Source: an uncultured Bacilli bacterium (lineage in GTDB: Bacteria; Bacillota_I; Bacilli_A; RF39; UBA660). From it: a stretch of DNA of 43,126 nt. This document shows, piece by piece, positions 1-10,026 of the stretch (position 1 is its first letter; the number at the start of each line of letters is the position of its first letter). The notes beneath the pieces were generated by a model. The model saw only the letters and a list, made by a program, of their open reading frames with translations, did not search any database and had not been told where the DNA came from. The stretch covers positions 1-43,126 of the forward strand of contig CALVRT010000062.1 of the NCBI GenBank assembly GCA_944358735.1, written 5' to 3'. The position numbers and the translations under genes are program-made.

Positions 1-2
1 AG

Positions 3-260
3 AAAAGATTTACTAAATTAACAACTGCTGATTTTGCTAATGTATTTTTAAATTTTGATGATAATGATGAAATGGTAAAAAGAACTATTAGAAGTGAAGC
101 TTTTGAAGATGGAATGACTGAAGGAATTTCTAAAGGTAAAACAGAAGAAAAACTAAAAACAGCTAAAAATTTACTAAAATCTGGTATATCAGAAAAAATT
201 ATAAGTGATGCTACCGGACTTTCAAAAGACGAAATTAATGCCATTAAATTAGCTAATTAA
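3..260 (+). CDS. Rpn/PD-(D/E)XK nuclease family (transposase-like) protein, C-terminal part, 5' truncated by window edge
   Basis: Frame is open from base 3 (KRFTKLTTADF...). Tail EDGMTEGISKGKTEEKLKTAKNLLKSGISEKIISDATGLSKDEI is the typical Rpn-family C-terminal motif. Confidence 0.7.
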   Translation, partial: KRFTKLTTADFANVFLNFDDNDEMVKRTIRSEAFEDGMTEGISKGKTEEKLKTAKNLLKSGISEKIISDATGLSKDEINAIKLAN

Positions 261-304
261 ATAAACTAGTTTAAAATAAAAAGTGACACAAGATAAAAAG
301 CACC

Positions 305-1453
305 TTAAGCGGGTGCTTTTACTTTAATATTTTCATCATACATTTTTACAACACTACTATATTTATCATATAAACGTTTATAATCACTATTATAATCAGT
401 ATTCATTTTGCTAAAAGGTATTACTTTAAAATCATACCATTTACTTCCTTTTTTATAATAATTGTAAAGTAGTTCATTATTTAAATTTTCTAAAGTAATA
501 CTTGTTTTCTTTCCTTTGGTTTTTTTGACAATATCAACACTTGTCATTAATTCAACCATAGTATTATAATCATTATTTGTACTTTGAGCAGAAATAAAGT
601 TGCCTAAAGAATAAATAACTAAAGTATCATCGATAAAAGTAATTGGTTCTATTATATGAGGATGTGTACCAATAATAATATCAACACCTAAAGATGCTAA
701 ATATTCAGCTTGCCTTTTTTGTTCAGCACTTGGCTCTGTTTGATACTCCGTACCCCAGTGCATTGACACTAATAAAACATCGACTTTATCCCGAACCTTT
801 TCAACATCACTTTTAACCTTTTCATCACTATAAAGGTTAACTAAATAATCTTTACCTTCGGGAACTGAAATTCCATTAGTACCATAAGTATAAGCTAAAA
901 GTGTATAAGTAATATTATTTTTTTCAAATATTTCTATTTCATCAGCTTCTTCTTCACTACAGTAACTACCAGCAGATAAAACATTTTCTTTACTATTCCA
1001 ATATTCACAAGAATTTATTACAGCTGTTTCTCCTCTATCTAAAGTATGATTATTAGCTAAACTAACTAAATTAAAGCCAGCATCTAGCATTGCGTCACCA
1101 AACTCCTGTGGACTATTAAATGTAGGATAATCAGAAAGGCCAATTGAAGTTCCCCCTAAAATACTTTCTTGATTATAAAAAGCTAAATCATAATTCTCGA
1201 CAATTGGTTTAATTAGCTCTAATTGACTAGTAAAATCATAAGTACCATTTTTATAGCCATCGTTATAAAGAGAACTATGTAGTAAAGCATCCCCAACCAT
1301 TACTAAACTAAGTTTATTTGTTTCTTCTTTTATTTCGGATTTTTCAGTTTTTGTTTCATCTTTTGTTTCTGGCTTGTCCACTAATCTCGTTAAAAAGAAA
1401 ATGGCTAAAGCCCCTATTATTACAGCTAAAATCACTACTACTATTTTTTTCAT
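305..1453 (-). CDS. CapA family (PGA_cap) metallophosphatase-fold protein, membrane anchored
   Basis: Motifs VGDALLH, NQES, LANNHTLD, SMHWGTE, GTHPH, YSLGNF; N-terminal TM helix. Confidence 0.9.
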   Translation of the reverse strand: MKKIVVVILAVIIGALAIFFLTRLVDKPETKDETKTEKSEIKEETNKLSLVMVGDALLHSSLYNDGYKNGTYDFTSQLELIKPIVENYDLAFYNQESILGGTSIGLSDYPTFNSPQEFGDAMLDAGFNLVSLANNHTLDRGETAVINSCEYWNSKENVLSAGSYCSEEEADEIEIFEKNNITYTLLAYTYGTNGISVPEGKDYLVNLYSDEKVKSDVEKVRDKVDVLLVSMHWGTEYQTEPSAEQKRQAEYLASLGVDIIIGTHPHIIEPITFIDDTLVIYSLGNFISAQSTNNDYNTMVELMTSVDIVKKTKGKKTSITLENLNNELLYNYYKKGSKWYDFKVIPFSKMNTDYNSDYKRLYDKYSSVVKMYDENIKVKAPA

Positions 1454-1722
1454 TATTCACAAACTCCACCATTATTTTCAATATAATTATTTAAAGCTTC
1501 TTTAGCTTCTTCATTAGTCGTTGTACTAGTAAAATAAGTACCATTTAGTTCATCAATTGTAGATGAGCTTTGTTTTTCACCATCTATTGTTAAACTTTCA
1601 ATTATTCCATCTTTTAAAGTATAAACTTCTTCAAGGCCATTATTTTGACAAGTTACTTCTTCACCACTTGTGCACCCTGAAAGCAATAAAGCTAAACCAC
1701 CTAATAATAATACTTTCCTCAT
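1453..1722 (-). CDS. small lipoprotein (89 aa)
   Basis: Start refined to ATG at 1722 behind SD AGGAGG; signal MRKVLLLGGLALLLSGC with lipobox LSGC. Confidence 0.8.
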   Translation of the reverse strand: MRKVLLLGGLALLLSGCTSGEEVTCQNNGLEEVYTLKDGIIESLTIDGEKQSSSTIDELNGTYFTSTTTNEEAKEALNNYIENNGGVCE

Positions 1723-1733
1723 TTTCTCACCTC

Positions 1734-3260
1734 CTACATTAAAGGCGCGAAAGCCTTTAGTATTTGCATCCATAATTTATATAAATAATTGGCTTTTTTC
1801 TTCTTTATTTTAACTTTTTGACTCTCATCAATTGTTTTCAAAAAATCCTCTTTAACATCATTAATCATTTTACTCATATAAAGCCAAACGCCACATTCAA
1901 AATGTAAATATAAACTACGATAATCTAAATTAACCGTTCCAACTGTTACATATTCATCATCAACAATAAAAGTTTTAGAATGAATAAACCCCGGAGTATA
2001 TTCATAAATTTCCACACCAGCTTTTATTAATTCTTCATAATAAGTTTTAGTCACCATATTGACAATCTTTTTATCAGGTATACCTGGAGTAATTATTTTA
2101 ACTTCAACTCCATTTTTAGCAGCCAATTGTAAAGCCGTACTCATCTCATTACCAATAATTAAATAAGGCGTTGTTATATAAATGTATTTTTTAGCTTTAC
2201 TTATCAAATTTAAATATATATTTTCCCCAACGGCTTCATTATCCCAAGGATTATCATCATAAGGCGCGACATAACCATCTAAATAAAATTCACCTTCTTT
2301 ATTTTGATAGTTTAAAAAATTACTATCTGTTTTATTAATGTAATTCCACATTGCTAGAAATTGAATAGTTAAACTCCAAACCGCATCGCCTTTTAACATA
2401 ATTCCATTATCTTTCCAATAACCAAATTTAGAGCCTTTGTTAATATATTCGTCGGCTATATTAATACCACCAGTAAAACCAACCTTACCATCGATAACGA
2501 CGATTTTCCTATGGTCACGATTATTAACTCGGTTTCTTAAAAAAGGAACAAATTTATTAAAAGAACAAGCTTTAATCCCATAACTTTCTAACTCTTTATA
2601 GTATTTACCAGGAAGGGAGAAAATACACCCTAAATCATCATAAATAAATCTTACTTCAACGCCTTCTTTTACTTTTTCTTTTAAAATTTCTAAAATACTA
2701 CTCCACATTTCACCAGGTTTAACAATAAAAAATTCCATAAAAATAAACTTTTTAGCCTGTTTTAAATTTTCCTTTAAGGTTTCAAAATAATCAGTTCCAT
2801 CTTTTAAATAGTTAGCCTGTGTATTTTGATAAATATAATTATGTGCCCATGACTGAATATAACTAGCTTGCAGAAAAGCATCCTTGTTTTCCATTTTTAA
2901 TTTTTCCATTACCTCAATATCTTGCCGCGCATATTTAGCTTCACGGTAATAAATTTCCATTAATCTTTTCCGCTCGTGTTTGCCAAGCTGACTACCACCA
3001 AATACTAAATAAATGATAATTCCTAACATAGGAACAATCAATAAAACTACTATCCAGGCAATTTTATAACCCGGATTAGAATTACCACCAATGATATAAA
3101 AAGCCATTAAAATTCCTAATATTTCACTTAAAATATAATAATATATATAATAATCATTAATATCAAGAACTAATGATAAAATAAAATATATTTGTAAAAT
3201 AATTAAAAAAGCAACAATAAACGCTCGGTGCGTTATTACGTTTAATATTTTTTTTAACAT
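1734..3260 (-). CDS. cls: cardiolipin synthase
   Basis: Two HKD motifs (HRKIVVID, HSKTFIVD) and N-terminal TM segments. Confidence 0.95.
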   Translation of the reverse strand: MLKKILNVITHRAFIVAFLIILQIYFILSLVLDINDYYIYYYILSEILGILMAFYIIGGNSNPGYKIAWIVVLLIVPMLGIIIYLVFGGSQLGKHERKRLMEIYYREAKYARQDIEVMEKLKMENKDAFLQASYIQSWAHNYIYQNTQANYLKDGTDYFETLKENLKQAKKFIFMEFFIVKPGEMWSSILEILKEKVKEGVEVRFIYDDLGCIFSLPGKYYKELESYGIKACSFNKFVPFLRNRVNNRDHRKIVVIDGKVGFTGGINIADEYINKGSKFGYWKDNGIMLKGDAVWSLTIQFLAMWNYINKTDSNFLNYQNKEGEFYLDGYVAPYDDNPWDNEAVGENIYLNLISKAKKYIYITTPYLIIGNEMSTALQLAAKNGVEVKIITPGIPDKKIVNMVTKTYYEELIKAGVEIYEYTPGFIHSKTFIVDDEYVTVGTVNLDYRSLYLHFECGVWLYMSKMINDVKEDFLKTIDESQKVKIKKKKANYLYKLWMQILKAFAPLM

Positions 3261-3321
3261 CTTAACCTCACCCTAATAACATTATACTCTATTTTATGAA
3301 AAAATAAAAGAAAAAGCCCGA

Positions 3322-5484
3322 TTATTCGGACTCTTCATATTTATTTGATAAAGTTATTTTAACTTCACCAGTTACCGTATCACCAGCTTTAATACTTTGA
3401 CTGGTAACATAGCCATAACCATCTATTTGATATTCATAGTCTAAAGCATCCATTAAATTAATAACTTCACTCCTAGAATATCCAGTTAAATCAGGCATTT
3501 TTCCTTTATCACCATTAGTAATTAAGAATACTTTATCATAAGATAAAACTTTACTATCCTTTTTAGGATATTGGTCGATTACTTTATCACCACTACCAAT
3601 AGTAATAACTTTTATCTTGTCAGCTTCTAGTTCAGCTTTAACAATATCAGTCTTTTGATTAGTATAAGAATCTAATGTTATAAGCTTAACTTCATCTTCT
3701 TCACTACTATTATCACTAAACATATTTCTATATTTAGCAATATTCTTCATTAAATTATTAACAGCATCACTAACAGTAATTGACGAACCAACATTTGGTT
3801 GTTTTACAGCCGCATAAATAATAATTTCTGGGTCATCTTTTGGATACATACCAGCAAAGGAATAAATGTAGTTAGTATCACCAGTTAAATATCCACCTCT
3901 TTTATCATCATATATTTGAGCGGTACCAGTTTTACCAATAACATCAAAACCATCTATTTTATAACGTCTTCCAGAAGCAGCAGGGTCATCACTATTAACG
4001 ACATTATACATTAAATCTTTGATTGTATTAATAGTATTTTGGCTAACTATTTGCTTACTTTCTTCAACCTTTCTTTTATAAGTCGTTTCTCCAGTATTCA
4101 CATTAACTATTTTTTTAACGACATGTGGTGTTAGTTTTTTTCCATTATTAGCAATTAAAGTTAAGGCTTGAAGGTGCTGGATAGCTGTAGTATTTATACC
4201 TTGTCCAAAAGCCGCATTAGCAACTTCAACCGGATATTTAAAATCAAGGTCACCAGCAACTTCTCTGGCTAAATCAACACCAGTTAAAGTACCAAAGCCA
4301 TAATCTCGAAGACAAGCTTTCAAATCATCACGGCTAATAAATTTATCTATCATATTAACCACACCAACGTTACTAGAGTATTCATAACCCTTATCAAAAG
4401 TAATTGTTCCCCAACCTGTATTATTCCAGTCTCTAATTGTCGCATCGGCAACATCTATTGAACCTGATTTAAAGGTTTCCCCGCCGTTATATGTACCCTT
4501 TTCCATCGCACACATATAAGTATAAGTTTTCATTGTTGACCCTGGTTCAAAAGCATAAGAAACTAAAGGGTTTTCATAACTAGTAATATCTCTTGTATTA
4601 GGGTTGAATGAAGGAATTGAACCTGACGCTAGAATATCGCCGGTTTTCGCATCCATAACTCCAATAACAGCCCACTCTGGGTCAAATCTTTCAGCTATAT
4701 TAGATATTTCGGTTTCAACAAATCTTTGAATTGAAGAATCTAAAGTTAAATAAATATCACTACCATCTAAAGCATCGGTTCTTGTTTCTGGCGTATCAGG
4801 AATCCTATATCCAAACCGGTCTTGTTGATAAGATAAATAACCATCTGTACCTTTTAATAAGTCATCATATTTAGCTTCAATACCAAGTTCCCCATCAATA
4901 CTAGTAACAATTTTTCCATTAACTTCCTTTTCATTGGTTTTGGCATAACCTAAAATATAAGAAGCAAAATTACCATTAGGATAATAACGTTTATAATCTT
5001 CTTCAAAATCAATACCATCAAGTTCTAGTTCTTCAATTTCACTTTTTTTAAGTTCAGTAATATTTTTACCAATATTACCAAGCTCGACTTGATATTTACC
5101 ATCTTCTTTACCTTCTTCTAGTCTTTTTTTAATATCGGCTTCATCGCCTTCAAGAGCTACGGCCAAAGCTTTAGCTGTACTTTCAATATTTTTTACGTAA
5201 TTACCTTCTTTACGTTCAGGGTCAAGATACGCAATTAAGGTGTAAGAAGTTACATTTTGAGCAAGGATATTTCCTGTAGCATCAAATATTGTTCCTCTTT
5301 TTGCTGTCAAAACTCTTGATACGGTATTACGATTAGAAGCAAATTCTTTTAAATTTATTCCATTAACGGTTGGCGACAAAGCTAAATAAATATATCTTAC
5401 AAACAATATAAAAATAAGCACGAAAAAAACAAAAAAGATTATTTGCGGAAATTTCCAAGTTTTTCTTCTTTGTTTTTTCTTCAC
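3322..5484 (-). CDS. pbpB: class B division penicillin-binding protein (PBP2B/2X, FtsI type) with PASTA domains
   Basis: EPGSTMK (SxxK), SSN and KTG motifs; C-terminal PASTA domains; follows ftsL. Confidence 0.9.
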   Translation of the reverse strand: MKKKQRRKTWKFPQIIFFVFFVLIFILFVRYIYLALSPTVNGINLKEFASNRNTVSRVLTAKRGTIFDATGNILAQNVTSYTLIAYLDPERKEGNYVKNIESTAKALAVALEGDEADIKKRLEEGKEDGKYQVELGNIGKNITELKKSEIEELELDGIDFEEDYKRYYPNGNFASYILGYAKTNEKEVNGKIVTSIDGELGIEAKYDDLLKGTDGYLSYQQDRFGYRIPDTPETRTDALDGSDIYLTLDSSIQRFVETEISNIAERFDPEWAVIGVMDAKTGDILASGSIPSFNPNTRDITSYENPLVSYAFEPGSTMKTYTYMCAMEKGTYNGGETFKSGSIDVADATIRDWNNTGWGTITFDKGYEYSSNVGVVNMIDKFISRDDLKACLRDYGFGTLTGVDLAREVAGDLDFKYPVEVANAAFGQGINTTAIQHLQALTLIANNGKKLTPHVVKKIVNVNTGETTYKRKVEESKQIVSQNTINTIKDLMYNVVNSDDPAASGRRYKIDGFDVIGKTGTAQIYDDKRGGYLTGDTNYIYSFAGMYPKDDPEIIIYAAVKQPNVGSSITVSDAVNNLMKNIAKYRNMFSDNSSEEDEVKLITLDSYTNQKTDIVKAELEADKIKVITIGSGDKVIDQYPKKDSKVLSYDKVFLITNGDKGKMPDLTGYSRSEVINLMDALDYEYQIDGYGYVTSQSIKAGDTVTGEVKITLSNKYEESE

Positions 5485-5498
5485 TTATTTCACCTTCT

Positions 5499-5795
5499 TT
5501 ATTCGTCAATAACAACTATATTATCATTATTATACGCTAGTCCCATATCTTTGACAACATCACTAACGTTTTCAAATGAAGTAAGTTCATTAACTTTCAT
5601 TGTCAAACTTTCATTAGTTTTTTCTTGGTTATCAATATTATAATTCATCTCTTCAATACTCATTTTCATTTCACCAATAAACGCACCACAAAAGATTTTT
5701 AAAGAAATAGTAAATACAAGGGCGATAACGCCATACATATATAATAGTCTTTCACCTTTTGTGATTTTTATTTTTGCACTTTTCTTTCTAGCCAT
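5499..5795 (-). CDS. ftsL: cell division protein FtsL
   Basis: Small bitopic coiled-coil protein located between rsmH and pbp. Confidence 0.8.
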   Translation of the reverse strand: MARKKSAKIKITKGERLLYMYGVIALVFTISLKIFCGAFIGEMKMSIEEMNYNIDNQEKTNESLTMKVNELTSFENVSDVVKDMGLAYNNDNIVVIDE

Positions 5796-5796
5796 C

Positions 5797-6699
5797 TTAT
5801 CTAACCCTTTCTATTACCCGAAGCCTTGCACTTCTAGCACGGTAATTTTCTTCTATTTCTTCTTTTGTCGGTGTAAGAGAAGCAATCACTTTATATTTTG
5901 GTAAATATTTATCAGGAATAATGGGCATCCCCGAAAGTTCCTTTGGTAATGTACTAACCTCTTTAAAAATATGCTTACAAATGCGGTCTTCCAAAGAATG
6001 AAATGTAATAACACATATCCTACCGCCAACACTAATAATATCTAAAGCATCATTTAAAGCTTTTTCAAAGACACCAAGTTCATTATTAACTTCAATTCTA
6101 ATTGCTTGAAAAACTTTTCGGGCGGGATGCCCTTTTCGGCGGTATTTTTCAGGGACACTTTCTTTAATAATTTCCGCAAGCTCTAAAGTTGTTTTAACAG
6201 GTCTGTTCTTTATAATGTTTTTGGCAATACTTGAAGCATATTTTTCTTCACCATATTTATAAAATATTTCTATTAGTTTTTCATAAGGATACCCATTAAC
6301 AACATCATAAGCGCTTAAACTTTGACTAGTATCCATTCGCATATCTAAAGGGGCATCTTTATGAAAACTAAATCCTCTTTCAGCATTATCAAGTTGGGGA
6401 GAAGATACTCCTAAATCAAACAAAACCGCATTAGGAGTTTTTCTTTTATTCATTTCTTTTTTTAAGTTTTCAAAATTAGTATGAATGATTTCATAATTAT
6501 TACCAATTTTCTTTAATTTTTCATTAGCATTTTCAATAGCTATTTTATCTTGGTCAAAAGCATAAAGAAAACCATCTTTTATATTTTTTAATATTAAAGA
6601 GCTATGGCCACCATAACCTAAAGTACAGTCAACGACAATACTGTTTTTATTTAAATTTAAATATTTAACCGCTTCTTCTAATAAAACAGTATTATGCAT
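5797..6699 (-). CDS. rsmH: 16S rRNA m4C1402 methyltransferase
   Basis: Motifs DCTLGYGGHS, DLGVSSPQLD, PLDMRMD, FHSLEDR, RARSARLR. Confidence 0.97.
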   Translation of the reverse strand: MHNTVLLEEAVKYLNLNKNSIVVDCTLGYGGHSSLILKNIKDGFLYAFDQDKIAIENANEKLKKIGNNYEIIHTNFENLKKEMNKRKTPNAVLFDLGVSSPQLDNAERGFSFHKDAPLDMRMDTSQSLSAYDVVNGYPYEKLIEIFYKYGEEKYASSIAKNIIKNRPVKTTLELAEIIKESVPEKYRRKGHPARKVFQAIRIEVNNELGVFEKALNDALDIISVGGRICVITFHSLEDRICKHIFKEVSTLPKELSGMPIIPDKYLPKYKVIASLTPTKEEIEENYRARSARLRVIERVR

Positions 6700-7126
6700 C
6701 AAACTTACTCATAAATAAATTATCGGCCATATCTGATAAATTATCTTCATTTTCGGTAATAAAATTATTCCATCTTTCTTGGCTCCAGATTTCTAAACGG
6801 TCACCAACCCCGATGATTGTGCAGTCTTTTTGCAGGTCAGCATATTTAATTAGTGGTTGTGATAAATTAATTCGTCCTTGTTTATCAAACTCCATTTTAC
6901 TAGCGCCTGATAAAAAGAAACGCATAAAGTTACGGGCATCTTTAACATTAGGTAAATTTTTATAACTTTGAACAAGTTCTTCCCAGTCATTCGTTTTATA
7001 AACAAATAAGCAGCCATCAAGACCTCTAGTTACAACAAACTGTTCACCTAGTTCATACCTTATTTTTGAAGGGATTGTTAATCTGCCTTTATCATCCATT
7101 GTATGATGATATTCACCCATAAACAC
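6692..7126 (-). CDS. mraZ: division cluster transcriptional regulator MraZ
   Basis: (M)FMGEYHHTMDDKGRL and DKQGRI motifs; probable GTG start at 7126. Confidence 0.96.
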   Translation of the reverse strand: MFMGEYHHTMDDKGRLTIPSKIRYELGEQFVVTRGLDGCLFVYKTNDWEELVQSYKNLPNVKDARNFMRFFLSGASKMEFDKQGRINLSQPLIKYADLQKDCTIIGVGDRLEIWSQERWNNFITENEDNLSDMADNLFMSKFDA

Positions 7127-7133
7127 ATTTATC

Positions 7134-7162
7134 ACCCACTTTCCCCCACTTTGTAACACTGT
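7134..7162 (-). promoter_or_regulatory. MraZ operator (direct repeats with 10-bp period)
   Basis: Minus strand reads ACAGTGTTAC AAAGTGGGGG AAAGTGGGTG, i.e. AAAGTG(G/T) boxes just upstream of mraZ. Confidence 0.8.
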
Positions 7163-7283
7163 ACACCATAATTTTACTATCTAATTATATTTTTGTAAAT
7201 AGTTTTGGGAAAGTTTTTTTAAGAAAAAATGTCAATTTTACACAGAAAAAAACTAATAAATAGATAATTTCTAAATATTAGTT

Positions 7284-7335
7284 AAAAAAGCACGGCCAGC
7301 CCGAGAAAAGCGACGGGTAAATTAGGCTAGCCGTG
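7284..7335 (-). terminator. GC-rich hairpin with U-tract, probable terminator upstream of the mraZ promoter
   Basis: Minus strand CACGGCTAGCC...GGCTGGCCGTG followed by CTTTTTT; alternative inner pairing CCCG/CGGG. Confidence 0.6.
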
Positions 7336-7438
7336 GTGTTTTATTTATAGTATATAATCATAGATACTATATACTTATTATATATTCAATTATATATATT
7401 AAATTGTAAGGACAAATTATCCAGAATTAGTGATAATA

Positions 7439-7573
7439 TCAAGTCATTTCAATTCCATCTGGAACTTCTGTATCAGCTTGAACTGTTTCGGCAAATGCTT
7501 TGGCCGGAGTATTGACTAAAGCACCCGCTAATAATACTGAAAAAAATTTACAATTTAACTTATATTTTTTCAT
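7439..7573 (-). CDS. 44-aa secreted peptide or truncated secreted protein (not in ORF track)
   Basis: SD AGGAGG; translation MKKYKLNCKFFSVLLAGALVNTPAKAFAETVQADTEVPDGIEMT*; Sec signal with AFA cleavage site. Confidence 0.6.
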   Translation of the reverse strand: MKKYKLNCKFFSVLLAGALVNTPAKAFAETVQADTEVPDGIEMT

Positions 7574-7640
7574 TACACGCTCCTCCTTAATTGCCTTATA
7601 TACTAGCACACTTCCACTAAAAAAGCAAATTCATATGAAC

Positions 7641-9944
7641 TTACTCTTTAAATTTAAACTTATTAACTAACTTGTCACAAACACCAAAATAGAAATTAAA
7701 CATCATAAAGGCAATCATTCCAAGAATCGCTAGTAAGATAAGTAAATTAGGCGTTAATATAACAAGTGAAAATAACGTTCTAAACCCAACAATAAATATT
7801 ACAAAAATTGTAATTAAGAAAACAAATAAAACTCTTCTTAAAAGATTAAAAGGAACAGATATCCGGTATAAAAGCATAAATCCTGTAAAGCCTGTTAAAA
7901 TAACAGCTAAAGTTGATACTTCCTCTGGAGATAATCTAATAATGCTAGGTAAAACACTTAATATAACAATATTGGAAACAATTGTTAAAGCGGTAGGCAG
8001 TGATTTCTTTAAAACATTAATAATAATTCTTCCATTAATCCGCTCATTATTTGGTTCAAGAGCCAAGATAAATGATGGAATTCCAATCGTTACTACACTA
8101 GTTAAGGTAAGCTGAATGGGAATAAAAGGATATTCTCTATCTAAAAATAAGAATATTAAAGCAAGAAGTGTTGCGTAAGTCGTTTTACAAAGAAATAATG
8201 ATGAAGAACGCTGCAAGTTATTAATACTTCGTCTTCCTTCGGCTACAACTTTTGGCATAGCTGAAAAATCAGAATCTAGTAATACAATTTGCGAAACATT
8301 ACGAGCTGCATCACTACCACTATTCATAGCCACACTACAATCAGCTTCTTTTAAAGCTAAAACATCATTAACCCCATCCCCCGTCATTGCAACGGTATGT
8401 CCTTTTGCTTTTAAGGCCATAATTAAAGCTTTTTTCTCACTAGGTTTAACTCTTCCAAAAACGTTATACTCATCAGCAATTTCTTCAATTGGTTTATTAT
8501 TTCTTGATAAATCAATGTATTTTACATTAGAAAGCCCAACCTTTTTAGCTACACCTGCCACCGTTTCTGGATTATCGCCAGATATTAATTTAATATCAAC
8601 GCCTTGCTCTTTAAAGTATTCAAGAGTCATACGGGCTTCTGGTCTTATTTCATCACTGATTAAGACAAGGCCAAGCGGTACAATATCATCTGGTAAAGTA
8701 TCCGTTAAAACTTTTTTTGATTTTGCTAACAAAACCACCCGGTTATCTTCAGTAAACTCATCTAAAAGTTTTTTTAATTTAGCTTTCGGACAAACTATTT
8801 CTGGAGCTCCCAAAATATAGCTCACTTCATTAAAAGAAATTCCCGACCATTTTCTTTGCGACGAAAAAGGAACTATTTTTTTTACCGCTTCCTTATTCTT
8901 TTTCGCATATTTCTCACTTATAGCTTCCATCGTTTGGTTATCACTAGCCATATGATAACTCATTAATCCTAAAGCCATTTCTATTTCCCCTTTAGAAACA
9001 TTTTCAAGTGGTAATACATCATTAACTTTCATTACCCCTTTAGTTAAAGTCCCCGTTTTGTCTAAACAAATAGTATCAACCCTAGCAAGCGTTTCAATAC
9101 AATAAAGTTCCTGCACCAAAACCCTTTGTTTAGCGAGTCGCATAACGCTAATAGCTAAAACAGTACTAATAAGTAAAACTAACCCTTCTGGTATCATACC
9201 AATTAATGAAGCAACAGTACTAACAACGGCATTTTTAAAGGTATGACCTGGTAAATTTAATTGATGCATAAACATTAATATTCCAAGGGGGATAATAAAA
9301 ATAGAAATACCTTTAATAATTTTTTTAATAAAATTCATAATTTCAGAATTAGCCTTTTTTATATATTTAGCTTCAGCCGATATTTTAGCGGCATAATTAT
9401 CAGCACCAACGTGAATAGTTTTACAGTAACACCAGCCACTAACAATATAACTACCAGATAATAATTCATCACCAGCGCATTTCGTTACTGATTCACTTTC
9501 GCCAGTAATTAATGATTCATTAACTAAAACTTCGCCGGATAAAATTTGACTATCCGTCGCGATTTGGCTACCGGCTTTTAACCGGCAAACATCACCTAAT
9601 ACAATATCATTAATACCAATTTCTTGTTCTTTACCGTCCCTAATAACGGTCACTTTAGCCACATTAAGTAACGATATTTTATCAACGATTATTTTACTTC
9701 TGATTTCTTGAATAGTACTAATTAACGTATTACAAATAACAACCCCTAAAAAAAGTAAATTTTTATATTCACCGACTAAAAAAATAGCTAGTCCAAGTCC
9801 AAGATTAAGAAAGTTAAATAAAGTTAAAAAATTGGTAGCAATTATAACCTTAATACTTTTAGTATTAACATCAGCTTTATAATTGACAAGACCTTTATTA
9901 GTTCGATTTAAAACTTCCTCGCTTGTTAAACCAGTTACTTTCAT
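7641..9944 (-). CDS. cation-transporting P-type ATPase (CtpE-like)
   Basis: Motifs TGES, MIPEGL, DKTGTLT, SGDN, GDGVND. Confidence 0.92.
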   Translation of the reverse strand: MKVTGLTSEEVLNRTNKGLVNYKADVNTKSIKVIIATNFLTLFNFLNLGLGLAIFLVGEYKNLLFLGVVICNTLISTIQEIRSKIIVDKISLLNVAKVTVIRDGKEQEIGINDIVLGDVCRLKAGSQIATDSQILSGEVLVNESLITGESESVTKCAGDELLSGSYIVSGWCYCKTIHVGADNYAAKISAEAKYIKKANSEIMNFIKKIIKGISIFIIPLGILMFMHQLNLPGHTFKNAVVSTVASLIGMIPEGLVLLISTVLAISVMRLAKQRVLVQELYCIETLARVDTICLDKTGTLTKGVMKVNDVLPLENVSKGEIEMALGLMSYHMASDNQTMEAISEKYAKKNKEAVKKIVPFSSQRKWSGISFNEVSYILGAPEIVCPKAKLKKLLDEFTEDNRVVLLAKSKKVLTDTLPDDIVPLGLVLISDEIRPEARMTLEYFKEQGVDIKLISGDNPETVAGVAKKVGLSNVKYIDLSRNNKPIEEIADEYNVFGRVKPSEKKALIMALKAKGHTVAMTGDGVNDVLALKEADCSVAMNSGSDAARNVSQIVLLDSDFSAMPKVVAEGRRSINNLQRSSSLFLCKTTYATLLALIFLFLDREYPFIPIQLTLTSVVTIGIPSFILALEPNNERINGRIIINVLKKSLPTALTIVSNIVILSVLPSIIRLSPEEVSTLAVILTGFTGFMLLYRISVPFNLLRRVLFVFLITIFVIFIVGFRTLFSLVILTPNLLILLAILGMIAFMMFNFYFGVCDKLVNKFKFKE

Positions 9945-10026
9945 ATAAAACCTTCTTTCATTAATTATTGTAACATTAATGACTTTTTTTGTAAATTACA
10001 TTTTCGTAAGAAAAAAGCTTTAGAAT

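Noticed and set aside
5443-5643. Short antisense ORFs in the track (also 8515, 13101, 18705, 20362, 21611, 23380, 24277, 26865, 32209, 33454, 35671)
   Set aside because: They are shadows of well-supported genes on the opposite strand, with no recognisable motifs.
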